Assembly: GCA_041946735.1 (NCBI GenBank) | Contig: JBHGAY010000013.1 | Span: 68,140 to 132,139, forward strand | DNA length: 64,000 nucleotides | Source: Candidatus Eiseniibacteriota bacterium | GTDB lineage: Bacteria > Eisenbacteria > RBG-16-71-46 > CAIMUX01 > VGJL01 | Direction: 5' to 3' | Part shown: piece by piece, positions 10,426-21,452 of the stretch | How the letters are laid out: every line of letters begins with the position of its first letter | Numbering within the stretch: position 1 is the first letter of the stretch | Notes under the pieces: generated by a model | Told to the model about the DNA's origin: nothing | Seen by the model: only the letters and a program-made list of their open reading frames with translations | The model's database searches: none | Made by a program: the position numbers and the translations under genes

Positions 10426-11139
10426 CTATTCCTCGACCGCCAGCAGGATCCGCCCGCATCCCTCGCAGACGACCAGGTCGCGGTTGCGCCGCAGCTCCTG
10501 CAGCCGCTGCGGCGGCAGGCCGTAGCCGCATCCGCCGCAGGCGCCCGCCTCGACGCCGACGATCGCGAGCCCGCCCTTGCTCCGGCGGATCCGGTCGTAC
10601 TTGGCGCGGAGCGAGGGGGTCAGCTTCTCGGCCGCCTGGTCCCGCAGCTTCTCCTGTCCGTCGAGTTCCTTCTGCACCTCGGCGAGTTCCGCCCGCAGCC
10701 TCTCGCTGGCCGCGTCGTGCTTGCGCTTCTCCTCGTCGACGATCTGCCGCAGGCGGTCGATCTCCTTCTGGATGACCTCCTCCTGCTCCAGGATCTCCAG
10801 CGACTTGTCGTCGAACTGGCGAGCCTTCTCCTTCATGTTCTCGATCTCGCGGATGTTCGCCTGGTACTCCTGGTTGTTGCGGATCTTGTACTGCTGCGCC
10901 TCGAACTCGCGCCGGCGCGTCTTCGCCATCTCGACCTCGCGCTCCGCGGCGCGCCGGTCCATCCGCAGATCCTGGAGCTTGCGCTCCTCCTCGTCGAGCA
11001 TCTCCTGATGGACGCCCAGTTCCTTCTCCAGCCGCTCCAGCTCGCGCGGGATGACCAGCGCGCGCTCGCGCAGGCGGTCCGTCTCCCAGTCGTAGATGCG
11101 CAGGGACCGGAGGATCTCCAAGTCTTGCGTGCCGATCAT
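10426..11139 (-). CDS. Coiled-coil protein with C4-type zinc ribbon (DUF164/CdsZ-like)
   Basis: Long coiled coil, RNNQEY, CGGC...CEGCGRIL. Typical position next to rnpB. Confidence 0.9.
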   Translation of the reverse strand: MIGTQDLEILRSLRIYDWETDRLRERALVIPRELERLEKELGVHQEMLDEEERKLQDLRMDRRAAEREVEMAKTRRREFEAQQYKIRNNQEYQANIREIENMKEKARQFDDKSLEILEQEEVIQKEIDRLRQIVDEEKRKHDAASERLRAELAEVQKELDGQEKLRDQAAEKLTPSLRAKYDRIRRSKGGLAIVGVEAGACGGCGYGLPPQRLQELRRNRDLVVCEGCGRILLAVEE

Positions 11140-11280
11140 GGGCTAGCGCTCTCTCTTCCTTCGAAAGAACGGCCAGGGGGGGCGCCCGCCACCGGGTCAC
11201 CCCCCCTGGTTGTCATCGATGCGACGACCGACCGGGGCCTCCTCGCCTGCAACGTCGGGAGGGATCGACCCCGATCGGAA

Positions 11281-11356
11281 TGGTGGGCGGCACAGGACTT
11301 GAACCTGTGACCCCCGGCTTGTGATGCCGATGCTCTGCCAGCTGAGCTAGCCGCCC
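11281..11356 (-). tRNA. tRNA-Val(CAC)
   Basis: GGGCGGC acceptor stem, TAGCTCAG, anticodon loop AT-CAC-AA, GTTCAAGTC, encoded CCA. Confidence 0.93.
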
Positions 11357-11381
11357 TCGCTTCTGCACGGAACCTGCCGAT

Positions 11382-11454
11382 TGGGCCCACTTGGATTCGA
11401 ACCAAGGACCAGCCAGTTATGAGCCGGCGGCTCTGACCTCTGAGCTATGGGCCC
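11382..11454 (-). tRNA. tRNA with CAT anticodon, probably tRNA-Ile2 (lysidine type)
   Basis: GGGCCCA acceptor stem, loop CT-CAT-AA, GTTCGAATC, CCA not encoded. Acceptor sequence and location after rpoD fit Ile2. Confidence 0.88.
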
Positions 11455-11549
11455 TCGCTCCGAACTCCCGGGACCGGAAAGTACCTACCAGACGTCCCCG
11501 AACGCGTCAAGGCGGCGCGCCGAGGACGGCGCGGAAACGATTCCCGCGC

Positions 11550-13427
11550 CTATGTCATCTCCATGAACGCCTTCAGCCGGCGCTTGCGCGTCGGATGCTT
11601 GAGCTTGCGCAGCGCCTTCGCCTCGATCTGCCGGATCCGCTCGCGCGTCACGTTGAAGAGCGCGCCGACCTCTTCGAGGGTCCGCGGGCAGCCGTCCTCC
11701 GTCAGGCCGAAGCGCAGCCGGATCACCCGCGCCTCGCGCTTGGTCAGCGTCTCGAGCACCTCGTTGACCTCTTCGCGGAGCATCGCGTAGGTCGCCGAAT
11801 GCGCCGGCGACACCACGGAGGTGTCCTCGATGAAGTCGCCGAGGTTCGAGTCGTCGTCCTCGCCGATCGGGCGGTCGAGCGAGATCGGCTCCTGCGCCGC
11901 CTTCAGCACCAGCTTGATCTTGTCGACCGGCATCTTCAGCCGGTCGGCGATCTCCTCCGGGGTCGGCTCGCGGCCGAGGTCCTGGACGAGCCGGCGCGAG
12001 GTGCGCACCACCTTGTTGATCGCCTCGATCATGTGGACCGGCACGCGGATGGTGCGCGCCTGGTCGGCGATCGCCCGCGTGATCGCCTGCCGGATCCACC
12101 ACGTCGCGTAGGTGGAGAACTTGTACCCCTTGCGATAATCGAACTTGTCGACCGCCCGCATCAGGCCGCTGTTCCCCTCCTGGATCAGGTCGAGAAATTC
12201 CAGCCCGCGGTTGGTGTAGCGCTTCGCGATCGAGATGACGAGCCGCACGTTCGCCTCGATCATCTCCTTCTTCGCCTGATCGCGCCGGATCTCGCCGTCC
12301 TCGATCAGATGGACGACCTCGCGGAGCGATGCGGCGCTCATCTTGATGTCGTTCTCGAGACGGCGGAGCTTGCGCTTCTCGTCCTTGCATTCGGTGTCGA
12401 GCTGCGCGATCTGCGCGAGCGCCTCGGTTGCGAGATCGTCGCTGTGCGCGCCATGGCCCCCATGCGCGCCGTGGGCGCCGCGGGCCGGCTTCTTGCGCTC
12501 CGTCTCCTTCGCCTTGGCCGAGCGTCCCTTCGCCGACGCCTTCGACGCGGCGATCAGGCTCCTGCGGTGGTCGATCTCCCGCTCGAGCGTCCGGATGCGG
12601 AACTCGACCTCGTCGAACCGCTCCCGGTCCCGCTTCAGCCGCGCCGAGAGCTTCTCCAGCAGCTTCTGGCTCACCTGGAGCTTCAGCACCTCGTCGGCGA
12701 GCTTCTGCTCCTTCTTCTCCGCCTCCGCCAGGAGCTGCGCCTTCTTCGCCGCCGGCGCCCGCTTCTCGGCGACCCCTCGCGCCTCCACCCAGATGTCGTA
12801 GGCCTTCTTGATCCGGGCGACGCCGTTCTTCGCGCGGGTCTGCTCCTTCTTGGGCGACACCTCGGCGTCCCAGTTGCCCATGTCGAGCTGCACGATGTCG
12901 CCGAGCTGCCCCTTGCCGGCCTTGTACTTCTCGTGCGCGTGCTCGAGCTCGGCGACCGCGATCGGCGTCTTGAACATCGCCCGCGCGATCTGATGCTCGG
13001 CCGCTTCGATCCTCTTGGCGATCTCGACCTCGCCCTCGCGGTCGAGAAGCGGCACGCGGCCCATCTCGCGCAGGTACATACGGACCGGGTCGTCGTAACG
13101 GACGGTGGGGGTGGGCTGGAGCCGGGTGTCCTTCCGCGCCGCCTCGGCGGCGGGGGTGCCCCGGGCGACCTTCAGGTCGCGCATCGCCTCTTCGGTCGAT
13201 TCGAAGACCTTGATCTGCAGGTCGCGCAGCAGGACGAACGCCTCGTCCATCTGCTCGACCATCTCGTCGGGAGCCGCCGAACTGCTATTGATCGCGCCCT
13301 CGATGTCCTCGTAGGTCACGTACCCTTGACGGAGGGCGAGGCCCTTGAGGTTCTGCAGGTTATCCCCGCGAGGACGTTCCTTCATGGGTTGGAGGCTCCT
13401 TTCCGGCCCATTTTCGTAAGATGCCAT
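11550..13427 (-). CDS. rpoD: RNA polymerase primary sigma factor
   Basis: [56 protein letters not shown]. Confidence 0.98.
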   Translation of the reverse strand: MASYENGPERSLQPMKERPRGDNLQNLKGLALRQGYVTYEDIEGAINSSSAAPDEMVEQMDEAFVLLRDLQIKVFESTEEAMRDLKVARGTPAAEAARKDTRLQPTPTVRYDDPVRMYLREMGRVPLLDREGEVEIAKRIEAAEHQIARAMFKTPIAVAELEHAHEKYKAGKGQLGDIVQLDMGNWDAEVSPKKEQTRAKNGVARIKKAYDIWVEARGVAEKRAPAAKKAQLLAEAEKKEQKLADEVLKLQVSQKLLEKLSARLKRDRERFDEVEFRIRTLEREIDHRRSLIAASKASAKGRSAKAKETERKKPARGAHGAHGGHGAHSDDLATEALAQIAQLDTECKDEKRKLRRLENDIKMSAASLREVVHLIEDGEIRRDQAKKEMIEANVRLVISIAKRYTNRGLEFLDLIQEGNSGLMRAVDKFDYRKGYKFSTYATWWIRQAITRAIADQARTIRVPVHMIEAINKVVRTSRRLVQDLGREPTPEEIADRLKMPVDKIKLVLKAAQEPISLDRPIGEDDDSNLGDFIEDTSVVSPAHSATYAMLREEVNEVLETLTKREARVIRLRFGLTEDGCPRTLEEVGALFNVTRERIRQIEAKALRKLKHPTRKRRLKAFMEMT

Positions 13428-13444
13428 TCAAGCACCCCGCGTGT

Positions 13445-15229
13445 CTATAGGAAGTTCCCCTTTGCGCCCCCCTCGATCGCCGGCAGATCTCGCAACTCTG
13501 TCGCGAGTTCCTGCTTCGCGCGCAGCAAATCGGCCACGTCCTCCCCGCGATCCTGCATGCGCCGGATCCGATCGGTGAGATCCCGCATTTTCTGGCGTAG
13601 TCCTTGCTCACGAAGCCGGCGCACCAGGTCCGTCGGGATCTCCTCCGGCTGCCCCGTCTCCTCGTGCAGGAAGGCGAGGGCCCGCAGCAATCCCGGCTCG
13701 TCGGACGCCCGCGAGAGCAGCCCCGCGGCGTCGATGACCCCCTCCTCGTACCGTTCCTCGATCCAAGCCAGCAGGCGCGAGCAGGCGGGGGAAATCGCCG
13801 GCACGCCCTGCGACGCCTCGAGAATCCGCGCCGCCGTGCGAGGAGCGCGGACCGCCGCCGAGACCACCTCCCGCTCGTAGGCGGTCAGCCGCGCCTCCGG
13901 CGCTCCCCGGGGCGGCGTCGCCGGAGCGGGGCGCGTCGCCGCCGGTCCCCGAGGCTCGGCCGCGCGCGCCGCCGCGGCGATCGCCTCGGCGAGCCGCTGC
14001 TCCCGGACGCGAAATCGGCCCGCCGCCTCCTGGATCCAGAGGTCGCGAACCAGCGGGTCGCGGACTCGCGCGAGAAGGGCGGCCACCCGGCCGAGCGCCT
14101 CCTCGGCCGGCAGTCCCGTCTCCGCCGCCCATTCCTCCAGGTATTGAAGGGGGGACTGCGCGCGGTCCAGCGCCTCGCGCACGCTCTGCGCCCCCTCGGA
14201 ACGGACCCAGTCGTCCGGATCCTTGCCGGTCGGGCAGAGGGCGATCCGCACCCCGGGATGCACGGGAACCGCGGCGTCGAGAGCGCGCAGCACCGCCGCA
14301 CGGCCGGCCGCGTCTCCATCGAAGAGGAGCGTCCATCGATCCGAATATCGCCGGAGGAGTCCGGCCTGATCCGGGGTCAAGGCGGTGCCGCAGGTTCCGA
14401 CCACCTCCCCGATCCCCGCTGCCGAGAGGGCGATCACGTCGAAGTACCCTTCGACGACGAGGACGTTCCCCGCCCTCCGGATCGCGTCGCGCGCCTCGCC
14501 GAGGCCGAAGAGAACCGTCCCCTTGCGATACAGCGGCGTCTCCGGCGAGTTGATGTACTTCGGCTCCTCGGCGCCGAGCGTGCGGCCGCCGAAGGCGACC
14601 GGACGTCCCCCGGCCGTGCGGATCGGGACGATCACCCGCTCGCGAAAGCGGTCGTACGGTCCGCGCGTCCCCTCGATCGCGAGTCCGGCGAGGATCAGGA
14701 TCCGCTCGGGAAGGAGACGGCGCGCGTGCCGGAGAAGCGAGTCCCAGCCGGCCGGAGCCCAGCCGAGACCGAAGCGCTCGATCGTTTCCGGCCCCAGCCC
14801 GCGCGCCTGCAGATAGCGACGCGCCTGCGCCCCGTCGTCCGCCGCGAGCCGCTCCCGGTAGAAGCCGGCCGCAACCTCCATCGCCTCGCCGAGCCGCTCC
14901 TCCGTGCTCGCCCCTTCGCCGCGCTCCCGCCGTTTCGGCATTGGAATCCCGGCGCGCTCCGCGAGGCTTCGCAGCGTCTCGGGGAACGTCATCTTCTCCA
15001 TCTCCATGAGGAAGGTGAAGACGTCGCCTCCCTGCTGGCATCCGAAGCAGTAGTAGCTCTGGGTCTCGGGATTGACGAAGAACGACGCGGTCTTCTCGCC
15101 GTGGAACGGGCAGAGTCCCTTCCAGCGGCGCCCCGCCTTCTTTAGCTCCATGTAGGAGCCGATGACGGCCAGGATGTCGCTCGCCAGACGGACCTGTTCC
15201 ACGAACGGGTCGGCCCCGCGAAGACCCAT
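13445..15229 (-). CDS. dnaG: DNA primase
   Basis: CPFH...CFGC zinc domain, FGGR, PKYINSPET, VEGYFDV, FDGDAAG. Confidence 0.98.
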   Translation of the reverse strand: MGLRGADPFVEQVRLASDILAVIGSYMELKKAGRRWKGLCPFHGEKTASFFVNPETQSYYCFGCQQGGDVFTFLMEMEKMTFPETLRSLAERAGIPMPKRRERGEGASTEERLGEAMEVAAGFYRERLAADDGAQARRYLQARGLGPETIERFGLGWAPAGWDSLLRHARRLLPERILILAGLAIEGTRGPYDRFRERVIVPIRTAGGRPVAFGGRTLGAEEPKYINSPETPLYRKGTVLFGLGEARDAIRRAGNVLVVEGYFDVIALSAAGIGEVVGTCGTALTPDQAGLLRRYSDRWTLLFDGDAAGRAAVLRALDAAVPVHPGVRIALCPTGKDPDDWVRSEGAQSVREALDRAQSPLQYLEEWAAETGLPAEEALGRVAALLARVRDPLVRDLWIQEAAGRFRVREQRLAEAIAAAARAAEPRGPAATRPAPATPPRGAPEARLTAYEREVVSAAVRAPRTAARILEASQGVPAISPACSRLLAWIEERYEEGVIDAAGLLSRASDEPGLLRALAFLHEETGQPEEIPTDLVRRLREQGLRQKMRDLTDRIRRMQDRGEDVADLLRAKQELATELRDLPAIEGGAKGNFL

Positions 15230-15233
15230 CCGA

Positions 15234-17753
15234 CTAGCCTCCTACCTGCGCGGAGCGGACGCGGACCACGGTCGCTCCCCATCCCCCTTCGCGCGGCTCG
15301 CCGATGCGGAACGACTCTACGACCGGCGAGGAGGCGAGCAGCGCTTCGATCTCGCGCTTGAGGATCCCCTTTCCCTTTCCGTGGATGATCCGCACCTCCG
15401 GCACGCCGGCGATCGCCGCGCGGTCGAGATAGCGCTCCACCTCGGCGACCGACTCCTCCGCGGTCCTGCCGCGAAGGTCGATCTGCCGCTCGACCGTGCC
15501 GACGCTCTCCGGCTCCGGCCCCCGGATCCTGTCCCGGCGCGGCCGGACGGCGACGCGCGTGGCGTCGCTGGCCGCCGCTCCTTCCCGCTCTTCCGAGCCC
15601 GGAAGGGTGAGAGAGGCGAGCGGCACCTGGATGCGGAAGCTGCCGTGCCACACCCACACCTTGCCCGAAGGATCGGGAGGCGAGTCGATCCGGACGGTGG
15701 CGCCGAGGTCTTCGCTGTACGCCGCGACTCCCGCGCGCGCCTGCTCGGGCGCGATCCTGGGCCGGCTGCGGTCCTGGGGACGGCGCAACCGCGCGCGCGC
15801 GGCGCGCAACCGCTCCTCGAAGCTCGCCGCCTCGCCCGCCGCCGTCGACGACGCCGCCGCCGGCGTCGCCATCCGGCCGGAGCGATCCCGCTCGCCGCGC
15901 TCCCGCTCCGCCTCGAGCCGCCGCTTCTCCGCCTGCGCCCGCTCCCGCTCCGCGTCCATTCGCATGCGGCGCGCTTCGCGCAGCAGCGATTCCGCCTCGG
16001 CGATCCACCGTCCCGTCGTCTCCCACCGGCTCTGGCGAAGATCGTGAATTCGCTGCTTGAGGCGCAGCGCCAGCTCCTCGCGCCGCCGCGTCGTCTCGCG
16101 CATCTGCTCGGCGGCACGGCGCGCCGCCGCGATCTCCTCGGTGAGCTGGCCGCGCTTCTGCTCGAGGTCGGACAGCAGCTCGTCGAGCGCCGCGGTCAGG
16201 CGATTGCGGTACCGCTCGGCCCGCTCGAGGAGCTCGTCCGCCGGAAGCACGCGCCGCGCCAGCTCGAAGGCGCGCGAGCGGCCCGGCGCGCCCGGGCGGA
16301 GCCGGTAGGTCGGCTTCTGCGTCGCGGGATCGAACTCCATCGCGGCGTTCGCCATCCTCGGGTGCTCGTGCGCGAGCATCTTCAGGCCGATCAGGTGCGT
16401 CGTCGCGAGCAGCAGGCAGCCTCGCTCGGTCAAGAGCTCGAGCGCGGCGCGCCCGAGGGCCGTCCCTTCGTCCGGATCGGTCCCGCCCCCGAGCTCGTCG
16501 AGCAGGACGAGCGAACGGGACGTCGCGCCCTGCCACGCGAGGCCGAGGTTCCGCAGGTGGCCGGCGAAGGTGCTCGTCTCCTGCTCGATCGACTGCTCGT
16601 CCCCCAGATCCGCGAAGAGTCCGTCGACGAAAGGAAGATCTGTGCCGTCGGCGGCCGGGATCGGCAGCGCCGCCTGCGCCATCGCGACCAGAAGCCCGGC
16701 CGTCTTCAGCGCGACCGTCTTGCCGCCCATGTTCGGGCCGGACAGGATGAGCGTCCGCGCCTCGCCCGACACCTCGAGATCGAGAGGAACGACCGGCGAG
16801 CCGCCCCGGCCGGCCGCGTCAGCGAGGAGCGGATGGCGCGCTCCGACCAGGCGCAACCGTTCCCCGTCGTTCCAGACCGGCATCCGGCCATCGAGATCGC
16901 GGCCGAGGGCGGCGCGGGCGCGCAGCAGGTCGAGGTCGGCCGCCGCTTCGTCGCTCTCGGCGATCTCCTCGCGCCGGGCGCGGACCGCCTGCGTCAGCTC
17001 GCGAAGAATCGCGACCCGCTCCTGCAGCTCGCGCGCCTCCATCTCGGCGATGCCGTTGTTGCGCTCGAGCACCTGCAGCGGCTCGAGGAAGATCGTCTGC
17101 CCGGAGCCGGAATGGCCGTGGACGATGCCGGGCAACCGGGACCGGTCCTGCGCGCGGACGGCGAGCACGTAGCGCCCCTCGCGCAGCGTCACGAAGCTCT
17201 CCTCCGGGTGCGAGCTCTCGCGCCTCGCCAGCTCCGCCAGCGCCTCTCCCGCCTCCGCGCGCGAGAGGCGGAGCTGGCGGCGCAGCCGCCCGAGCGTCGG
17301 GCTCGCGCTGTCGAGGAACTCCCCCGAGGGATCGAGGACCTCGCCGAGCCGCCGCAGCCACGCGCCGAAGTCGCCGAAGCGGAGCCCGAGCGCGTGCATG
17401 TCGGGAAACCGGGCGGCGACCTCCTCGCGATCCAGCGTGCGCCGCGCGCGCGTGCTCACCTCGAGGAAGCGGCCGAGATCGAGAAGCTCGAGCGGCTCCA
17501 TCGGCTCCTCGCCGTGGCGCAGGCGCGCGAGCAGCGGAGTCAGGTCGCCGGCGTCGATCGCTCCGGTGTCGTAGCCGGCCGTCCAGAGATCGGAGATCTG
17601 GCGGACCCGTTCGATCTCCCGCTCGACCGCCTCGCGATCGGTCGAAGGGCGTAGCTCGAGCGCCCTCGCCCGGCCACGGACCGAGGAGGCGCGGTCCGCG
17701 ACCATGCGGCGGACCTTGGGAAAGTCGAGGAGTGCGAGTACGTGCTCGTTCAC
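15234..17753 (-). CDS. mutS2: Endonuclease MutS2 with Smr domain
   Basis: LDFPKV N-terminus, SGPNMGGKT, LLDELGGGTDP, C-terminal IDLRG...IIHGKG. GTG start chosen downstream of rpsU. Confidence 0.95.
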   Translation of the reverse strand: MNEHVLALLDFPKVRRMVADRASSVRGRARALELRPSTDREAVEREIERVRQISDLWTAGYDTGAIDAGDLTPLLARLRHGEEPMEPLELLDLGRFLEVSTRARRTLDREEVAARFPDMHALGLRFGDFGAWLRRLGEVLDPSGEFLDSASPTLGRLRRQLRLSRAEAGEALAELARRESSHPEESFVTLREGRYVLAVRAQDRSRLPGIVHGHSGSGQTIFLEPLQVLERNNGIAEMEARELQERVAILRELTQAVRARREEIAESDEAAADLDLLRARAALGRDLDGRMPVWNDGERLRLVGARHPLLADAAGRGGSPVVPLDLEVSGEARTLILSGPNMGGKTVALKTAGLLVAMAQAALPIPAADGTDLPFVDGLFADLGDEQSIEQETSTFAGHLRNLGLAWQGATSRSLVLLDELGGGTDPDEGTALGRAALELLTERGCLLLATTHLIGLKMLAHEHPRMANAAMEFDPATQKPTYRLRPGAPGRSRAFELARRVLPADELLERAERYRNRLTAALDELLSDLEQKRGQLTEEIAAARRAAEQMRETTRRREELALRLKQRIHDLRQSRWETTGRWIAEAESLLREARRMRMDAERERAQAEKRRLEAERERGERDRSGRMATPAAASSTAAGEAASFEERLRAARARLRRPQDRSRPRIAPEQARAGVAAYSEDLGATVRIDSPPDPSGKVWVWHGSFRIQVPLASLTLPGSEEREGAAASDATRVAVRPRRDRIRGPEPESVGTVERQIDLRGRTAEESVAEVERYLDRAAIAGVPEVRIIHGKGKGILKREIEALLASSPVVESFRIGEPREGGWGATVVRVRSAQVGG

Positions 17754-17812
17754 GGAAAAGACGGCCGGCCCGGGGAGACCGGGCCGGCCTCGCGCAGGGA
17801 AAACTCGGGACT

Positions 17813-18007
17813 CTAGCGGGACGAGGATCTCGCCGTCGCCGCCTTTCGGCGCGCGGCGTTCTCCTTCCGCTTGCGCTTCTCGCTCGGCTTCTCGAAATGC
17901 TGATGTTTGCGGACGTCGGCTAAGATTCCCGCCTTTTCGCACTTCTTCTTGAAGCGGCGAAGCGCGCTCTCGAAGGACTCACCGTCCTTCACGCGAATAC
18001 CTGGCAA
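17813..18007 (-). CDS. rpsU: 30S ribosomal protein S21
   Basis: [20 protein letters not shown]...[14 protein letters not shown] start after AGGGGGTG. Confidence 0.97.
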   Translation of the reverse strand: MPGIRVKDGESFESALRRFKKKCEKAGILADVRKHQHFEKPSEKRKRKENAARRKAATARSSSR

Positions 18008-18302
18008 AGCTGGCAACACCCCCTAACCGTGGATGGGATCCTTGGAGGACCGTGAGAATCGAGAAATGGAGAGTGAGGGCCGTCCACGCGGCCCAGGTCC
18101 CGCAGCGGCCAACGTAGCGCGTGTTCGGCGTTGTGTCAACGGCGACGGCGAGTTCGGCGACGGCAAGTTGGAGAGCGTCCGCCCGCCGCCGCGCGCTCCC
18201 CCGCCGCGGCGCCGTTGACCGGCCGCAGAACCCGATGCTACGTTTGGCTGCCGTTGGCAGCGCCTTCCCCCCCATGTCCCGACAAGATCGAAGGAGGCCG
18301 GT

Positions 18303-19490
18303 TTGGACGGGTTCCGCGGGGTCGACTTCTACGCCCTCGACGATCTCTGGACGCCCGACGAGAGGATGATCCGCGACACGGTGCGCTCCTGGGTCGAGGA
18401 GCGGATCGTCCCGAACATCGCGGAATGGGCGCGGGACGGCCGCTTTCCGGTCGAGCTGGCAAAGGAGATGGGCGAGCTGGGCCTCCTCGGTCCCCAGATC
18501 CCGGGCGAGGGAAGCCCGGAGCTCGGTCCGGTCGCCTACGGCTTGATCCAGCAGGAGCTGGAGCGCGGTGACTCGGGGTTCCGGTCGTTCTCCTCGGTGC
18601 AGGGGGCGCTCGTGATGTTCCCGATCGCGACGTTCGGCTCCGATGAGCAGCGGCGGCGCTGGCTCCCCGCCCTTCGCTCGGGAGCGGCGATCGGCTGCTT
18701 CGGTCTGACCGAGGCGGACGCCGGCTCGAACCCCGCCGGCATGCGGACGACGGCGCGCCGCGACGGGGACGGCTGGGTGCTCAACGGCGCGAAGATGTGG
18801 ATCACCAACGGAACGATCGCCGACCTCGCGGTCGTCTTCGCGCGCACGCCCGAAGGGATCCAGGGATTCCTCGTCGAACGCGGCGCGCCCGGCTTCCGCG
18901 CCCCCGAGATCCGCAACAAGTGGAGCCTGCGCGCCTCGGTCACCTCCGAGCTGGTCTTCGAGGACTGCCGCCTCCCGGGCGACGCGGTCCTTCCCGGCGC
19001 CACCGGCCTGCGCGCCGCGCTCGCCTGCTTGAACGAGGCGCGCTACGGCATCGCCTGGGGAGCGCTCGGCGCCGCCGCCGCCTGTTACCGCGCCGCTCTC
19101 GAGCACGCGAAGACGCGCGTGCAGTTCGACGGCCCGATCGCCGGCCACCAGATGGTGCAGGAGCGGCTCGTCTGGATGCTGGCGGAGATCACCAAGGGCC
19201 AGCTTCTCGCCTGGCGGCTCGGCCGCTTGAAGGAAGAAGGCAAGGCCCGCCCGGAGCAGGTTTCGCTCGCCAAGCGCGAGAACGTCCGGATGGCGCTCGC
19301 CGTCGCCCGCGAGGCGCGCGATCTGCTCGGAGCGGGCGGGATCACGGACGAGTTTCCTGTCGGTCGTCACATGGCCAATCTGGAGTCCGTCGTCACGTAC
19401 GAGGGAACCCACAACGTCCACACTTTGATCGTCGGCTCCGCCATCACGGGGATCGACGCGTTTCGTGCGCCCGGCCCGGCGCGCGGCTGA
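18303..19490 (+). CDS. Acyl-CoA dehydrogenase (glutaryl-CoA dehydrogenase-like)
   Basis: [41 protein letters not shown]. Confidence 0.92.
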   Translation: MDGFRGVDFYALDDLWTPDERMIRDTVRSWVEERIVPNIAEWARDGRFPVELAKEMGELGLLGPQIPGEGSPELGPVAYGLIQQELERGDSGFRSFSSVQGALVMFPIATFGSDEQRRRWLPALRSGAAIGCFGLTEADAGSNPAGMRTTARRDGDGWVLNGAKMWITNGTIADLAVVFARTPEGIQGFLVERGAPGFRAPEIRNKWSLRASVTSELVFEDCRLPGDAVLPGATGLRAALACLNEARYGIAWGALGAAAACYRAALEHAKTRVQFDGPIAGHQMVQERLVWMLAEITKGQLLAWRLGRLKEEGKARPEQVSLAKRENVRMALAVAREARDLLGAGGITDEFPVGRHMANLESVVTYEGTHNVHTLIVGSAITGIDAFRAPGPARG

Positions 19491-19530
19491 AGAGTCCGCG
19501 CGCGAGGGAGGGCGAGGAGGAGGAAGTTCG

Positions 19531-20768
<1,238 letters not shown>

Positions 20769-20772
<4 letters not shown>

Positions 20773-21452
20773 GGCGCGCGGGCGCCGGAGCGCGGATCGC
20801 CGCCGTCCTCGCCGTCGCGTGCAGCCTGCCGCTGGCGGCCGCCTCTCCTTCGTTCGCGCAGGAGCATGCGGCCGCCGGCGGCGAGGCGGGCATCCGCCTT
20901 TCGGCCGCGGCCGGGATCGCCTACCTGCACCCGCGCGACACGGAGCTCTCCTCTCTCTACGACGACCCGATCTCCTTTCTCGCCGGCCTCCAGGCGGCAA
21001 TCCCGAACCTCGGCATCCGCATCGGCCTCGATGCCGGCTATGCGCGCTCGACCTCGCCTCTCGATTCCCCCTTCTTCGCGTCCTCGGTCGAGTCGGAGCT
21101 GACGCGAGTTCCGATCCGCCTCACCGTGACCGCTCCGTTCGGCTCCCCGAACCTTCCGGTGCGGCCGTTCGCCGGAGCTGGGGCCGAGTTCCTCTACCAT
21201 CGCGAGACGATCCGCTACCGGCTCCTGGACGAACCGGCGAGCGAGAAGGACGAGAGCCGCTTCGATCCGGGCGCGGTGATCCTCGCGGGAATCGAGAGCC
21301 GCGGCTCCCCTCGCCTGCGCCTCGAGGGATCGGCAAGCTGGGTGCCGGTCGAGCGCAACGTCGTGCGAGGCGGGGCCACCTACCCGGCGCGGCTCGACGA
21401 CGAGCGCGACGGAGGGACCTTGGGGGTGCGGATGGAGATCCTCTGGCCATGA
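20769..21452 (+). CDS. Outer-membrane beta-barrel protein
   Basis: Signal peptide, alternating amphipathic strands, RPFAGAG, C-terminal strand. Overlaps the icd stop and the S8 start. Confidence 0.65.

Noticed and set aside
4587..17654. Very long antisense and alternative-frame ORFs (e.g. 4587..7637, 11391..13880, 15162..17654)
   Set aside because: These are shadow ORFs of real genes in high-GC DNA, Arg/Ala/Pro-rich with no family motifs. The same applies to similar ORFs across the window.
15234..18007. mutS2 inside the rpsU-dnaG-rpoD operon as a novelty
   Set aside because: This arrangement is known from several bacterial phyla.
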